From Patescibacteria group bacterium (GTDB taxonomy: Bacteria; Patescibacteriota; Patescibacteriia; 2-01-FULL-39-33), in contig JBAZRV010000002.1 in the NCBI GenBank assembly GCA_041662745.1, forward strand, positions 149,785 to 213,784: a stretch of 64,000 bases of DNA. Direction: 5' to 3'. The notes below the pieces were generated by a model. That model worked only from the letters and a program-made list of their open reading frames with translations. It was not told the DNA's origin and did not search any database. Below are positions 53,448 through 63,829 of the stretch, piece by piece; the stretch's first letter is position 1; each line of letters starts with the position of its first letter. The translations under genes and the position numbers were made by a program.

Positions 53448-54569
53448 ATGAAAATATTAATAGACGCCCGCCTTTATGGCACCAAACATGCCGGTATCGG
53501 CCGTTATACTCAAGAGTTGATCAAGAATTTAGAAACCGCGGATAAGGAAAATCAATATGTCATCCTATTGCAACGGCAGAATTACGATGAATATCAGCCG
53601 CAGAATCCCAACTTCAAAAAATATCGCGCCGATTTTAAAGTCTACGGTTTTTTTGAACAGATTCTTCTGCCGTTTTTGATTTATTCCCACCGGCCGGATT
53701 TGGTTCATTTTCCCCATTTTAACGTGCCGTTGTTTTTCTTCGGCCGTTATATCGTGACTATCCATGATTTGATTGTCAGCCATTACCCGTCCAGCCGAGC
53801 TACCACGCTTCATCCGCTGATGTATAATTTCAAACTCTTAGCGTATCAATTGGTGATTTCCCGGGCGGCGAAACGCGCCGGAAAAATTATCGCCGTTTCC
53901 CGCTACACCAAAGATGATCTTGTGAGACTGCTGAAAATTCGGCCGGAAAAAATCGCGGTGATTTACGAGGGAACGGACTTACCGCGTTTGTCGCCGGTTT
54001 CTTGTCCGTTATTATTTGAGAGACTGGGCATCAAGCAGAATTTTTTGCTGTATGTCGGTTCGGCCTATCCGCATAAGAATTTAGAAAAACTGATTGAAGC
54101 GTTTGAAATTGTTTTAAGGCAACAAGCCGATTGGCAATTGGTTTTGGCCGGCAAAGAGAGTTTTTTCTATGAACGTTTAAGCGAGGGAATAAAAAAAGAG
54201 TTGAAAGGCAAGGTAATCTTGCCCGGCTATTTGACGGATGAAGAATTAGTCTGTTTATACGCTAAGGCGCGCCTGTATGTTTTTCCGTCGTTAATGGAAG
54301 GATTCGGCCTGCCGCCGCTGGAAGCCCAGAGTTACGGCTTGCCCGTGGTTTCAGCAAACTCCAGTTGCCTGCCGGAAATCTTGGCTGATTCGGCGGTTTA
54401 TTTTGATCCTAAAAATTCTCAAGACATGGCGGATAAGATCGTCTCGGTTTTGACTGACGCTGACCGGCGCAAGCAATTGGCTGACAAAGGCCAAGAAAAC
54501 AGCAAACGTTTTTCTTGGGAAAAGATGGCGAAGGAGGTTATTGGTTTGTATAATTCAATAATCGGATAG
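53448..54569 (+). CDS. Family 4 glycosyltransferase
   Basis: EGFGLPPLEAQSYGLPVVSAN motif. A perfect DnaA-box-like TTATCCACA sits at 53366 in its promoter region. Confidence 0.75.
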   Translation: MKILIDARLYGTKHAGIGRYTQELIKNLETADKENQYVILLQRQNYDEYQPQNPNFKKYRADFKVYGFFEQILLPFLIYSHRPDLVHFPHFNVPLFFFGRYIVTIHDLIVSHYPSSRATTLHPLMYNFKLLAYQLVISRAAKRAGKIIAVSRYTKDDLVRLLKIRPEKIAVIYEGTDLPRLSPVSCPLLFERLGIKQNFLLYVGSAYPHKNLEKLIEAFEIVLRQQADWQLVLAGKESFFYERLSEGIKKELKGKVILPGYLTDEELVCLYAKARLYVFPSLMEGFGLPPLEAQSYGLPVVSANSSCLPEILADSAVYFDPKNSQDMADKIVSVLTDADRRKQLADKGQENSKRFSWEKMAKEVIGLYNSIIG

Positions 54570-54690
54570 ATAAGTTATTTATTAAAACACCGGCAGTAAT
54601 TATCGGTCGCTAAGGTTATCCACACCCGGAGTTGTTTGACTTCGGGTGTTTGTGTTATAATATACTTAAACGTAAACAAAATTTATCAAG

Positions 54691-57615
54691 GTGGCAAAGA
54701 AAAAATCTTTAAACAAAGAAGGACTTGAGCCCAGGGTTTTTGATTTGGAGAATAAATCCAGTAAGGCAGTTCGAAAACCGCGCGTTTCCAGCCGCAAAAC
54801 GGCTGATATTTTGTTTGCCCAAAATGATACGGCCGAAAAATCAGCCGCTAAAACCGAGATAATCGTCAATCAATCGCCACCCAAAACTTTCAATCTGCAT
54901 ATTGCCGAGAATCAGCTGGATGTTTATCGCTCTCCTCATTTATTAAATTTGTCCAAGGCCGGCCGGATAGAAAAAAATAAGCCGGAACAGCACAGAGATT
55001 GGCCGGTCAAGGATATGCCGGCCGGAAAAATATTATCCCGGTTTAGGATTTTGGAATTTTTTGATTTTTCACAGAGTGAAATTTATCTGTATTTATTAAG
55101 AATCGCTCAGATTGTCAAGACTTTTTTCCTTATCTTATTTTCTCGCGCCAAATTGGAATCAAAATTACCCGCTCCGGCCGGAGCTAAGGCGGTCGGCGGA
55201 AACAAAGCGATTGATCGGCTGGCGGAAATATCTTTTGTTAATTTATTTTTATTTATCGCCAACCAATTTTATCGCGTTTATCTGGCGCTGTATAAATTTT
55301 TCTGGCTGATATATTTGTTTGCTCGGAAAGCCCGGTCTCGCCGCGATCAGGTGATTTATTTGCCCAAGCCCGGCGTTGAGCCGCAGAAGGCCGCGGTGAT
55401 TGACGGCTTGATTCAAGTCAATGAAGCGCCGACAATCGCAGAATTGATCAAGGAGTATTCGCCGCAAACCAAAATTCGGCCGTTGCCGACAGCGCCTTCA
55501 GCCAAAGAAATCCGGGAGAAATATCTGGAAACCAATCCCTTCCTGCGCCGAGGCGTAGTTCTGAATCCTCAGCCGCCGTCAGTCGGTTGGCCGAAGCGCC
55601 AGTTGGATTTATCTTTTTCTAATTTTGAATTTCATCGATCCCTGCTTCGGCCGGTCGCTGTTTTTTGCGGCATACTTTTGGCCCTGTTCGGCTCGATTAA
55701 AGCCATCACTTATTGGGATAGCGCTTTAAGCGTTAAGGGAGAGGTGATGGGCGTGGCCGAACAAGCGGTGGGCAATATGTCTAATGCCGGCGATAAACTG
55801 AAAGCCTTGGATTTCGCTTCGGCGCAACAAGATTTCCAATCGGCGCAACAAGATTTCCAATCGGCGCGATCGCAATTGGAGCGGCTCAAGTCATTTGTAA
55901 CTGTTTTGGCCGACATAACTCCAGCCGGCAATATTTATAAAAGCGGCAAGAACACGCTGGAAATGGGGGATCATCTGTCTGCCGCCGCTTTCGGGTTGCT
56001 GTCCGGCATTAATGATATTTCTTCTTCCACCGATCTGTCTTTATCCAGTCGGGTCAAAAGTTTTTCTTCGGCGGTCAAGCCGGCTGTAGCCGAATTAGCC
56101 GCCGCCGCTTCTAACGCCAAATCAATCAACCCGGCGCATTTGCCCGAGGGCGGCAAGGAGCAGTTTATAAAACTCAAAGACGCTTTGCCTCAAGCCGTCA
56201 GCGCCTTAAGCCAGCTTCAAGAAACTTTGGATTTTTCCGTCGCTGTTTTGGGCGATAACGAATTGCGCCGTTATTTGCTGGTTTTCCAGAATGACAATGA
56301 GTTGCGCGCCACCGGAGGATTTATGGGCAGTTACGCCCTGGTTGATTTTAAGGATGGCAAGATAGAAAAAATCACTATTCCGCAAGGTGGCACTTATGAC
56401 GTCAGAGCCGGCTTCAATAAGATACTGATTCCGCCCGAACCCTTGCGCTTGGTTGGCAGCCGCTGGGAATTCCAGGATGCCAATTGGTGGCCCGATTGGC
56501 CCACCTCGGCGACTAACGTCAAATGGTTTTATGAAAAGTCCGGCGGGCCGACCGTGGACGGCGTGATTGCCATTAACTCCGGCTGGCTCAAGGATCTGCT
56601 TCAGGTAACCGGGCCGATCGCTTTGCCGCAATACGGCAAAACGATTACCGCCGATAATTTTGAAGACGAATTGCAGCGCAGTATTGAATTGCAGGCGGCG
56701 GATAAATCCAAGCCCAAGAAGATCCTGTCGGAATTGGCGCCGAAAATCTTAGACAAGGTTTTTAATTTGCCGCCCAAAGACAATCTGCGTCTGGCCGAAG
56801 TCATCGCCGGCGCGCTCAAATCCCGCGCTATCCAGTTGTATTTCAGCAATAATGATTTGCAAAAATTCGCCCTCCGAAACGATTGGGCCGGGGCTTTGGC
56901 GACGCCCGCCCCCCACACTGATTATTTGAATGTCATCGCCACCAACATCGGCGGCGGCAAAACCGATGACTTGGTGCGCCAAAAGATATACCATCAAGCG
57001 GAAATCAAAGCTGACGGCTCGGTGATAGATCGGGTGGTTATCAGCCGTTATAACGCTTCTTCCATTGAGGATCCGCTAAGAAAAGCGGCCAATAATACTT
57101 ACTTGCGGGTTTATGTGCCTGCGGGCAGCGAGCTTTTGGGCGCTTACGGCTTTAAGGATTTTGCCAGTTCCGCTTATAAAGATTTGGATCAGGGCGCGAT
57201 TGAAAGTGGTTTGTTAGCGGGAGAAACGGGAGCCGTTGACAGCGTAGGGGGGACCAAGGTTTATCAGGAAAACAATTATACGGTGTTTGCCAATTGGACG
57301 GTAATCGGTCCGGGAGAAAGTCAAGAAGCGGTACTGGTTTACCGTCTGCCGTTTAAGGTTGGCAAGGACTTTAAGCCAAAAGGATTAATTATGTCAGCGG
57401 CTAATTTTTTCACTCCGGAAATAGCTCCTTATAATTTTGTTTTTCAGAAACAGTCCGGCCGTAGCAATGATCAGATTCAGAGCGTCGTTACTTATAGCGA
57501 TAATTTATCGCCGAAACTGATTTATCCCAAATCCGCCACCACAGAAAACAATAATGTTTACTCCCAAGCGTTGACTGATCAGGATCGTTATCTAAGCATC
57601 GCTTTTATAAAATAA
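54691..57615 (+). CDS. Large DUF4012-family membrane protein (974 aa)
   Basis: LVFQNDNELRATGGFMGSYALVDF resembles the DUF4012 signature (NAELRPTGGFIGS). N-terminal basic region and TM segments. Contains a 21-bp tandem repeat. Confidence 0.55.
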   Translation: MAKKKSLNKEGLEPRVFDLENKSSKAVRKPRVSSRKTADILFAQNDTAEKSAAKTEIIVNQSPPKTFNLHIAENQLDVYRSPHLLNLSKAGRIEKNKPEQHRDWPVKDMPAGKILSRFRILEFFDFSQSEIYLYLLRIAQIVKTFFLILFSRAKLESKLPAPAGAKAVGGNKAIDRLAEISFVNLFLFIANQFYRVYLALYKFFWLIYLFARKARSRRDQVIYLPKPGVEPQKAAVIDGLIQVNEAPTIAELIKEYSPQTKIRPLPTAPSAKEIREKYLETNPFLRRGVVLNPQPPSVGWPKRQLDLSFSNFEFHRSLLRPVAVFCGILLALFGSIKAITYWDSALSVKGEVMGVAEQAVGNMSNAGDKLKALDFASAQQDFQSAQQDFQSARSQLERLKSFVTVLADITPAGNIYKSGKNTLEMGDHLSAAAFGLLSGINDISSSTDLSLSSRVKSFSSAVKPAVAELAAAASNAKSINPAHLPEGGKEQFIKLKDALPQAVSALSQLQETLDFSVAVLGDNELRRYLLVFQNDNELRATGGFMGSYALVDFKDGKIEKITIPQGGTYDVRAGFNKILIPPEPLRLVGSRWEFQDANWWPDWPTSATNVKWFYEKSGGPTVDGVIAINSGWLKDLLQVTGPIALPQYGKTITADNFEDELQRSIELQAADKSKPKKILSELAPKILDKVFNLPPKDNLRLAEVIAGALKSRAIQLYFSNNDLQKFALRNDWAGALATPAPHTDYLNVIATNIGGGKTDDLVRQKIYHQAEIKADGSVIDRVVISRYNASSIEDPLRKAANNTYLRVYVPAGSELLGAYGFKDFASSAYKDLDQGAIESGLLAGETGAVDSVGGTKVYQENNYTVFANWTVIGPGESQEAVLVYRLPFKVGKDFKPKGLIMSAANFFTPEIAPYNFVFQKQSGRSNDQIQSVVTYSDNLSPKLIYPKSATTENNNVYSQALTDQDRYLSIAFIK
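55819..55868 (+). repeat. Tandem 21-bp repeat (TCGGCGCAACAAGATTTCCAA, two full copies plus a partial third) inside the DUF4012 gene
   Basis: Direct reading. It encodes SAQQDFQ-SAQQDFQ-SAR. Confidence 0.85.
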
Positions 57616-57630
57616 TTTATTTATCGGCTT

Positions 57631-59658
57631 ATGCCAGAACAAACCCCCAAAACCAAAGTCGGAGAAATAACCGCCAATCAGGAATTATCGGAAATGGAAA
57701 ATAACGAAAATAATAGCGGCACCGGGCCAAATGATATGGTTACAGCGATTGAAAATAAAAATCAGCCGCCGGCCAAATCAGCTAAACGCGGATTGTTCCA
57801 TTTGAGGCGCGGCAGTGCGGGCAGGCAAAAAGAAATTTCTCGCGATTTGGCGGAAGTCTATACTGATGACGACGGGGTCATACCGGATTTGACTCGATTG
57901 GAGTCCAATGAACGGCCTCTGTGGCAGACTATAGTTTATACCTTGATTGCGGTTCTGGCGGTATTGCTGGTTGGCGCCGCCGTTATTTATTTGATTCTCG
58001 CCAATCTTAACAGCGATACCTTTACCAACGAACGCATAACTTTTAAATTAGAACCGCCAATCTCCATTGTTTCCGGGCAAGAGGGGACTTACACGATAAT
58101 CATCGCTAATCGCGAACGGGTGAATCTTTATGATTTGGATATTGAATTGAAATATCCCGACACCTTTCAATTGGTTTCTTCCTCTCCGGTGGCAACCGGC
58201 GACAAGAGAAATATCTGGAATATTTCCGTTTTAAAAATCGGCGAAACGCAAAAAATAGAATTGCGCGGAAAAATCATCGCTCCCTTGGATTCCGTGCAAA
58301 CCGTTACCGGTGCCATGACCTTCAAGCCGGCCAATCTAAACGCCGAATTCAGTCAGAAATTCAATTTAGATATGGGTGTCAATGCCTCTACGATTATCCT
58401 GACTGTCTCCGGGCCGGATAAAACGCTGGCTAACCAGGGCATTTCCTACACCGTTGATTTGCGCAATGTCGGCACTGAAGTCTTAAATGATTTGGAGGTG
58501 GTAGCCGAATATCCGCCAGGGTTTGTCCTCTCCTCCACTACGCCCGCCGCCAAGGATGGCACTAATAATGTTTGGAGCGTAGCCAAGCTGGCCACTTCCA
58601 CCGATATGGCTACCAGCAGCGATCAGAAAATAATCATCGGCGGCAATTATTCGGGCATCGTTGATTCGGGCAATCAGGAATTTAAAGTCAAAGTCAATCT
58701 GAAAAATCAAAGCGAGTATATCTTGCAAAGCGAACAGTCGGCCGTTACCGCCGTGGTCAAGGATCAATTAAGTTTGAGCGTGATAGTCAACGGTTCGGGC
58801 GAGGATCAGCCGGTGTCTTTCGGCGATTTATTGGTATATACGATTAACTTTAAAAACACCGGCACCGAAGATTTGAAAAATGTGGAATTAACGGCCAAAG
58901 TGGACTCCCAGATTTTGGATTGGGCGACTTTAAGCAGTGATCACGAGGGCAAAGTTAACGAAGGCATAATTGTTTGGACCGGCAAGGAGCTGCCCAGCCT
59001 GTTGAATTTGCGTCCGGGCGAAGAGGGCGCCGTAACTTTTCAGTTAAGAGTCAAGGATTTGGCGGCTATCAGCTCCCTGGATGTGTCTAAGTTCAGTGTG
59101 GAAAGCTCGGCTCAAGCCAAAATTAAAAATGCTGACGGCGTTAATGCCATTAATTCAAAAATCATTACTAATTCCATTAATTCCGATTTGAGTTTAATTG
59201 CCGCGGCGCGTTATTACAATGAAGACAATCTGCCTCTTGGCTCCGGCCCGATCACTCCGCAAGCCGATGAGACTTCTTCTTACAATATCCGTTTATCCTT
59301 AACCAATAACTTGCACGATATCGGCAATATTGAAGTCAGCGCCATTTTGCCCAAGTTTGTCAATTGGGATGATAAGGAAAATCACAACACTGGTGACTTT
59401 TTATATAACTCTAAAACCAAAAAATTATCTTGGCGTATTTCTAAGTTGCCCAAATCAGTCAAAGACGCCGCCATTGATTTTAATGTATCAATCAAGCCGA
59501 CGACTGATGACATCGGCCGAGTGTTGATTTTGATTCCCGAATTCAAATTGACGGCTAAAGACCTGGAAACCGGCTCGGATATCTCCAAAACGATTAGAGC
59601 GGTTACCACCGCCTTCTCCGACCCCATCATGGGTAATTTATCAGGCATAGTGGAATAA
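57631..59658 (+). CDS. Hypothetical TM-anchored surface protein with DUF11/CARDB-like repeat domains
   Basis: A single TM (TIVYTLIAVLAVLLVGAAVIYLIL) and repeated segments resembling the 'conserved repeat domain' (…NVGTEVLNDLEVVAEYPPGF…, …NTGTEDLKNVELTAKVD…). Confidence 0.4.
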   Translation: MPEQTPKTKVGEITANQELSEMENNENNSGTGPNDMVTAIENKNQPPAKSAKRGLFHLRRGSAGRQKEISRDLAEVYTDDDGVIPDLTRLESNERPLWQTIVYTLIAVLAVLLVGAAVIYLILANLNSDTFTNERITFKLEPPISIVSGQEGTYTIIIANRERVNLYDLDIELKYPDTFQLVSSSPVATGDKRNIWNISVLKIGETQKIELRGKIIAPLDSVQTVTGAMTFKPANLNAEFSQKFNLDMGVNASTIILTVSGPDKTLANQGISYTVDLRNVGTEVLNDLEVVAEYPPGFVLSSTTPAAKDGTNNVWSVAKLATSTDMATSSDQKIIIGGNYSGIVDSGNQEFKVKVNLKNQSEYILQSEQSAVTAVVKDQLSLSVIVNGSGEDQPVSFGDLLVYTINFKNTGTEDLKNVELTAKVDSQILDWATLSSDHEGKVNEGIIVWTGKELPSLLNLRPGEEGAVTFQLRVKDLAAISSLDVSKFSVESSAQAKIKNADGVNAINSKIITNSINSDLSLIAAARYYNEDNLPLGSGPITPQADETSSYNIRLSLTNNLHDIGNIEVSAILPKFVNWDDKENHNTGDFLYNSKTKKLSWRISKLPKSVKDAAIDFNVSIKPTTDDIGRVLILIPEFKLTAKDLETGSDISKTIRAVTTAFSDPIMGNLSGIVE

Positions 59659-59834
59659 CCCCGCCATCGGACTGATTGCAAAAATCATCGTTACAATCAG
59701 TGATGAAATCAGGGACGAAATAATATATTTCTAATTTTTTCTCAATAGGCAACAGATATAAATAAGCGCCTCTGCATTCGTGACTTATTATTATATCAAA
59801 TAACCTAATATCAAATAACTTAAATTCCGTTAAG

Positions 59835-61028
59835 ATGGCCTTTAAACTGCTTAAAAAATCTAAGAAATCCCAAGCGCGATTAGGAAAATTAAAAACCGCC
59901 CACGGCATCATTAAGACGCCGTTTTTTATGCCGATTGCCACTAAGGGAGCGGTCAAGAATCTAACCGCCGCTGATGTTAAGGATCTTGGTTCGCCCATAT
60001 TATTATCCAACACCTATCATTTGTATTTGACGCCGGGCAGGGAAGTACTGTCTGCCGCCGGCGGTTTGCATAAATTTATGGATTGGCGCGGAGCCATCCT
60101 GACCGACTCCGGCGGTTTCCAAGTATTCTCACTGTCTAAAATCAGGAAAATCCTGCCTCAGGGCGTGGAGTTCCGTTCGCACTTGGACGGCAGCAAGCAC
60201 ATCTTAACGCCTAAATCAGTCTTGGATATTCAGAAAACTATCGGTTCGGACATTGCCATGATTTTGGATGTCTGTCCGCCGTCAACCGCCAAACACCAAG
60301 AGATCAAGGAAGCGGTTGAAATTACAACCAAATGGGCCAAGGAGGCGGCCAGAACGATTAAAAGCCGAAAGTCCAGAAGCAAAAACCAGGACAAGCAATT
60401 ATACTTTGCTATCGTCCAGGGTGGTGTCTATAGGGATTTGCGCGAGCAATCATTGCAAGACTTGGTTAAATTGGATTTTGACGGTTATGCGGTCGGCGGC
60501 TTGGCCGTGGGTGAAACCAACAAAGAAATGTATGAGGTATTGGATTATTTGGCGCCGCAATTGCCGGCCGGCAAGCCGAGATATTTAATGGGCGTGGGTA
60601 CGCCGGAAAACATTATTGAAGCGGTCAAAAAAGGAATAGACATGTTTGATTGCGTTATTCCGACCCGCGAAGCCCGGCATGGCCGGCTGTATGTTTGGCC
60701 CGACATGTCATTGCGAGAAGGATGTAATCATCCGACGAAGCAATCTCTTAAAAAATATCAGCGCGGCCTTCAAGATTGCTTCGCTTCGCTTCGCTTCGCT
60801 CGCAATGACGAATGGTATCAAACCATCAACATTACCAATTCCAAATACAAGCATGACTTTTCACCGATAAACGGCAGTAACCTGAAAAAATATTCCAAGG
60901 CCTATCTGCATCATCTGTTCAAAACCGGCGAACCCTTAGCTATGCGTTTAGCCACCCTCAATAATCTTGATTTTTATTTGCGATTAATGGAGGGCATCAG
61001 GCGACAAATCAAAAAGGGCAACTTATAA
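59835..61028 (+). CDS. tgt: Queuine tRNA-ribosyltransferase (Tgt) with an atypical C-terminal zinc subdomain
   Basis: HGIIKTPFFMPIATKGAVK, LSNTYHL, DSGGFQVFSL, and YSKAYLHHL motifs. The canonical CxCxxC is replaced (…INGSNLKKYSKAY), and a ~35-aa insertion carries Cys, His and a (GCTTC)4 repeat. Confidence 0.8.
   Translation: MAFKLLKKSKKSQARLGKLKTAHGIIKTPFFMPIATKGAVKNLTAADVKDLGSPILLSNTYHLYLTPGREVLSAAGGLHKFMDWRGAILTDSGGFQVFSLSKIRKILPQGVEFRSHLDGSKHILTPKSVLDIQKTIGSDIAMILDVCPPSTAKHQEIKEAVEITTKWAKEAARTIKSRKSRSKNQDKQLYFAIVQGGVYRDLREQSLQDLVKLDFDGYAVGGLAVGETNKEMYEVLDYLAPQLPAGKPRYLMGVGTPENIIEAVKKGIDMFDCVIPTREARHGRLYVWPDMSLREGCNHPTKQSLKKYQRGLQDCFASLRFARNDEWYQTINITNSKYKHDFSPINGSNLKKYSKAYLHHLFKTGEPLAMRLATLNNLDFYLRLMEGIRRQIKKGNL
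60778..60800 (+). repeat. (GCTTC)4 pentanucleotide microsatellite inside the tgt coding region
   Basis: GCTTCGCTTCGCTTCGCTTCGCT read directly. It encodes ASLRFAR. Confidence 0.85.
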
Positions 61029-61145
61029 AATGGAAGCTCTTGACAACAAGTCAAAAATCAAGTAGAATAAGCGCTTAGAAAGCACGTTAAAATAAAAAGT
61101 AATAGTACAACGGCCGATTCAACAGAAACGGCAGGGAGAACAACC

Positions 61146-62195
61146 ATGGAAGCTGACAGATTAGAAAAATTCAAGCATGTTTTGGAGCAAATGAAGGAAA
61201 ACCCATTAGTTGTGATTCTAACCCATCTTGATCCCGATTCCATGGCCTCCGCCGAAGCCATGAGATTTATTGCCAAGTCGGTTGGCATTGAGCAGATTAC
61301 CGTTCTTTATTGCGACGAGTCCACCGATGAGCAAAACGAGGCCATTATCAATAAGTTGGCTTTGGATCGGCGAATGCAGCCGATTGACAGTTGGGTTGAT
61401 TTTCCGGCTGGTAACAACTATGTTATGGTGGATGCCAATTCGCCTTCCGACAGCCGGCTTAAACACGCTAAAGATAAGTTGAAACTTACAATGGTTATTG
61501 ATCATCATCGCAATGACAAAATCAAAGAAACGGATGATGACTTTATTTGGCTGGAAAATTTCGGCGCCTGCGCCACCATGATGTGCGAACTCATTGCCGG
61601 TCTGGGCTTATTGAGTACCGCTAAGTTCAACGGCGATTTTAAGGATTTGCCCTTATTGCTTTCACTGGGTATCTACATGGATACCAAGGGTTTGATCAGC
61701 GCCGGCAGTAAGGATCGCGAAGCTTTTGCCGAAGTCGCCGGCCTGGCCAAAGAGGCGGACTTGCAGTTCTTCATTAATTATCAGATTTCCCAAACCTACA
61801 TGGAAGCGCTTAAATGCGCTTTAAACTCCATGTCTGTCCGGGGAATGAAGATAGTGGCTTATGCCGGAGAAGTAAGCTCCAAGGAAGCTACGGTTATTGC
61901 TCGGGTGGCGGATTTTTTTATTAGAATCAAGGGATTTTCTCTGGCCGTGGTCTGGGCGACGGTTGATGACAGCCAAATCATGGTTTCTGCCCGAGGTACT
62001 GATTTCGGCACGCCGCTTGATGAATTCATACGTTCCCGTTTCGGTTCCGGCGGCGCCAAGGTTTCCAAATGGGGCCTATGGGAAGGTGGCGTTCAATTGC
62101 CTTTTAACTTCGGATTCTTCCACTCCCCGATCAATAGAATGCAACGAATAGCAACGGCTCAGGCCTTAATCACCGGTCTGATTTTGGAAAATTGA
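61146..62195 (+). CDS. DHH-family phosphoesterase (NrnA-like oligoribonuclease/pAp phosphatase)
   Basis: DHH motifs: THLDPDSMASAEAM and VIDHHRND. A C-terminal DHHA1-like region (GGG…). Confidence 0.7.
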   Translation: MEADRLEKFKHVLEQMKENPLVVILTHLDPDSMASAEAMRFIAKSVGIEQITVLYCDESTDEQNEAIINKLALDRRMQPIDSWVDFPAGNNYVMVDANSPSDSRLKHAKDKLKLTMVIDHHRNDKIKETDDDFIWLENFGACATMMCELIAGLGLLSTAKFNGDFKDLPLLLSLGIYMDTKGLISAGSKDREAFAEVAGLAKEADLQFFINYQISQTYMEALKCALNSMSVRGMKIVAYAGEVSSKEATVIARVADFFIRIKGFSLAVVWATVDDSQIMVSARGTDFGTPLDEFIRSRFGSGGAKVSKWGLWEGGVQLPFNFGFFHSPINRMQRIATAQALITGLILEN

Positions 62196-62395
62196 AAATT
62201 GATGGCAAATTATTGGAGATGTTTGGCACTTTTTACCCCGGATTTCTATCCGGGTTTTATTTTTTTATGGTTTAATCGGCTATTATTGAGCGGGTTTTGC
62301 CGGGATAAAAATTTATGCTATAATGATGTCAAAAGTTGTTTCTTTTTATCGCCGATAGACGGAGGTGATTTTATTAGAATAATGACCAAAAACTT

Positions 62396-63724
62396 ATGGA
62401 CCCCTTGATCAACGATAATCAAACGGCAGACAAGCCCTCGCGCTGGTCTTTTTTGCGTCAACCTTTGGCTTTATGGCTGGCGGTTGTTTTGATTTTTATC
62501 AGTTTCATCATCGGCGCGGCGGTTGGCGGTCGAGGCAATATCGTATCCGATACTAAAGTGATCAAGGGGGCGGACACTCAATTGATGATGGCTGAAGCGA
62601 AAGCTGCGGAATCGGCCGGCCTTACTGCGGGCAATACCGCTACGTCAACGTTGCCCGCTTACCTTAAGAAAGATGTTGATTTCCAATTATACTGGGATAC
62701 TTTAGGAATTATCCATGGCAAGTATTATGCTCAAGATATTCCCGATACCAAATTGTTTTACGGTTCGTTGCAGGGCATGGTGGCAGCTTTGGGCGATCCT
62801 TATTCCGTTTTTCTTACTCCCTCCGATGCTCAGCAGTTCCAAGAGGACCTTAATGGCACCTTTGAAGGCATTGGCGCGGAAATCGCCGTTAAGAACAGCC
62901 AGCTCATCATTGTTTCTCCTTTGGATGATTCGCCGGCCATGAAAGCCGGCTTGAAGCCCAAGGATTGGATTTTAAAAATTAATGGCACTTCCACCGAAGG
63001 CATGAGTTCCCAGCAAGCCGTCAATTTAATCCGCGGTAAAGCCGGAACTAAAGTCAATTTGACGATTTATCGCGAGGGCTGGACCGAAGCGCAGGTAATT
63101 GAAATCACTCGGGCGCCCATTGTGGTTAAAAGCTTGACTTTGGAATATTTGGCCGGCGGCGCCATTGCCCATATTAAGGTTAGACAGTTTAATGGCGATA
63201 CTATGCCGCTTTTTGACAGCGCTATTTCCAATATTTTATCCAGGCCCGGTCTTAAGGGAATTATTTTGGATTTGCGCAACAATCCCGGGGGTTATTTGGA
63301 ATCGGCCGTAGAGATGGCCGGCGAATGGAACGGTGACGGGATTGTGGTCTCGGAAAAAAATCGCGATGGCGTTAAGACGGATCATCGCGCTTATGCTCAG
63401 CCGCGCTTAACTGATTATAAAACCATTGTTTTGGTTGACGGCGGCAGCGCTTCCGCTTCAGAAATAGTTTCCGGCGCCCTAAAAGACTGGGGCAAGGCCA
63501 CATTAGTCGGAATGAAAACTTTCGGCAAGGGTTCGGTGCAGGATTTGACTGATTTGCCCGACGGCAGCCAAATCAAGCTGACTATTGCCAAGTGGTTTAC
63601 TCCCAATGGCATATCCATTGACGAACAGGGGATTGAGCCGGATGTCAAAGTGGATTTAACTGAAGAAGACTATAATAACGACCGCGATCCCCAATTGGTT
63701 AAAGCGCTAGAACTGTTAAAATAA
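62396..63724 (+). CDS. Carboxy-terminal processing (S41, tail-specific) protease with a PDZ domain
   Basis: N-terminal TM. PDZ segment (GIGAEIAVKNSQLIIVSPLDDSPAMKAGLKPKDWILKING). Catalytic Ser/Lys region (…GGSASASEIVSGAL…KTFGKGSVQ). Confidence 0.85.
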   Translation: MDPLINDNQTADKPSRWSFLRQPLALWLAVVLIFISFIIGAAVGGRGNIVSDTKVIKGADTQLMMAEAKAAESAGLTAGNTATSTLPAYLKKDVDFQLYWDTLGIIHGKYYAQDIPDTKLFYGSLQGMVAALGDPYSVFLTPSDAQQFQEDLNGTFEGIGAEIAVKNSQLIIVSPLDDSPAMKAGLKPKDWILKINGTSTEGMSSQQAVNLIRGKAGTKVNLTIYREGWTEAQVIEITRAPIVVKSLTLEYLAGGAIAHIKVRQFNGDTMPLFDSAISNILSRPGLKGIILDLRNNPGGYLESAVEMAGEWNGDGIVVSEKNRDGVKTDHRAYAQPRLTDYKTIVLVDGGSASASEIVSGALKDWGKATLVGMKTFGKGSVQDLTDLPDGSQIKLTIAKWFTPNGISIDEQGIEPDVKVDLTEEDYNNDRDPQLVKALELLK

Positions 63725-63829
63725 CCGTGAATTTATCAATCAGCGGTATTATCTATTCTTATTATCTATTCTTGCCATTCCAATCATAGCGGAGAAACAT
63801 CTTTGCTGGTCGCAATGGCATAAGACATT

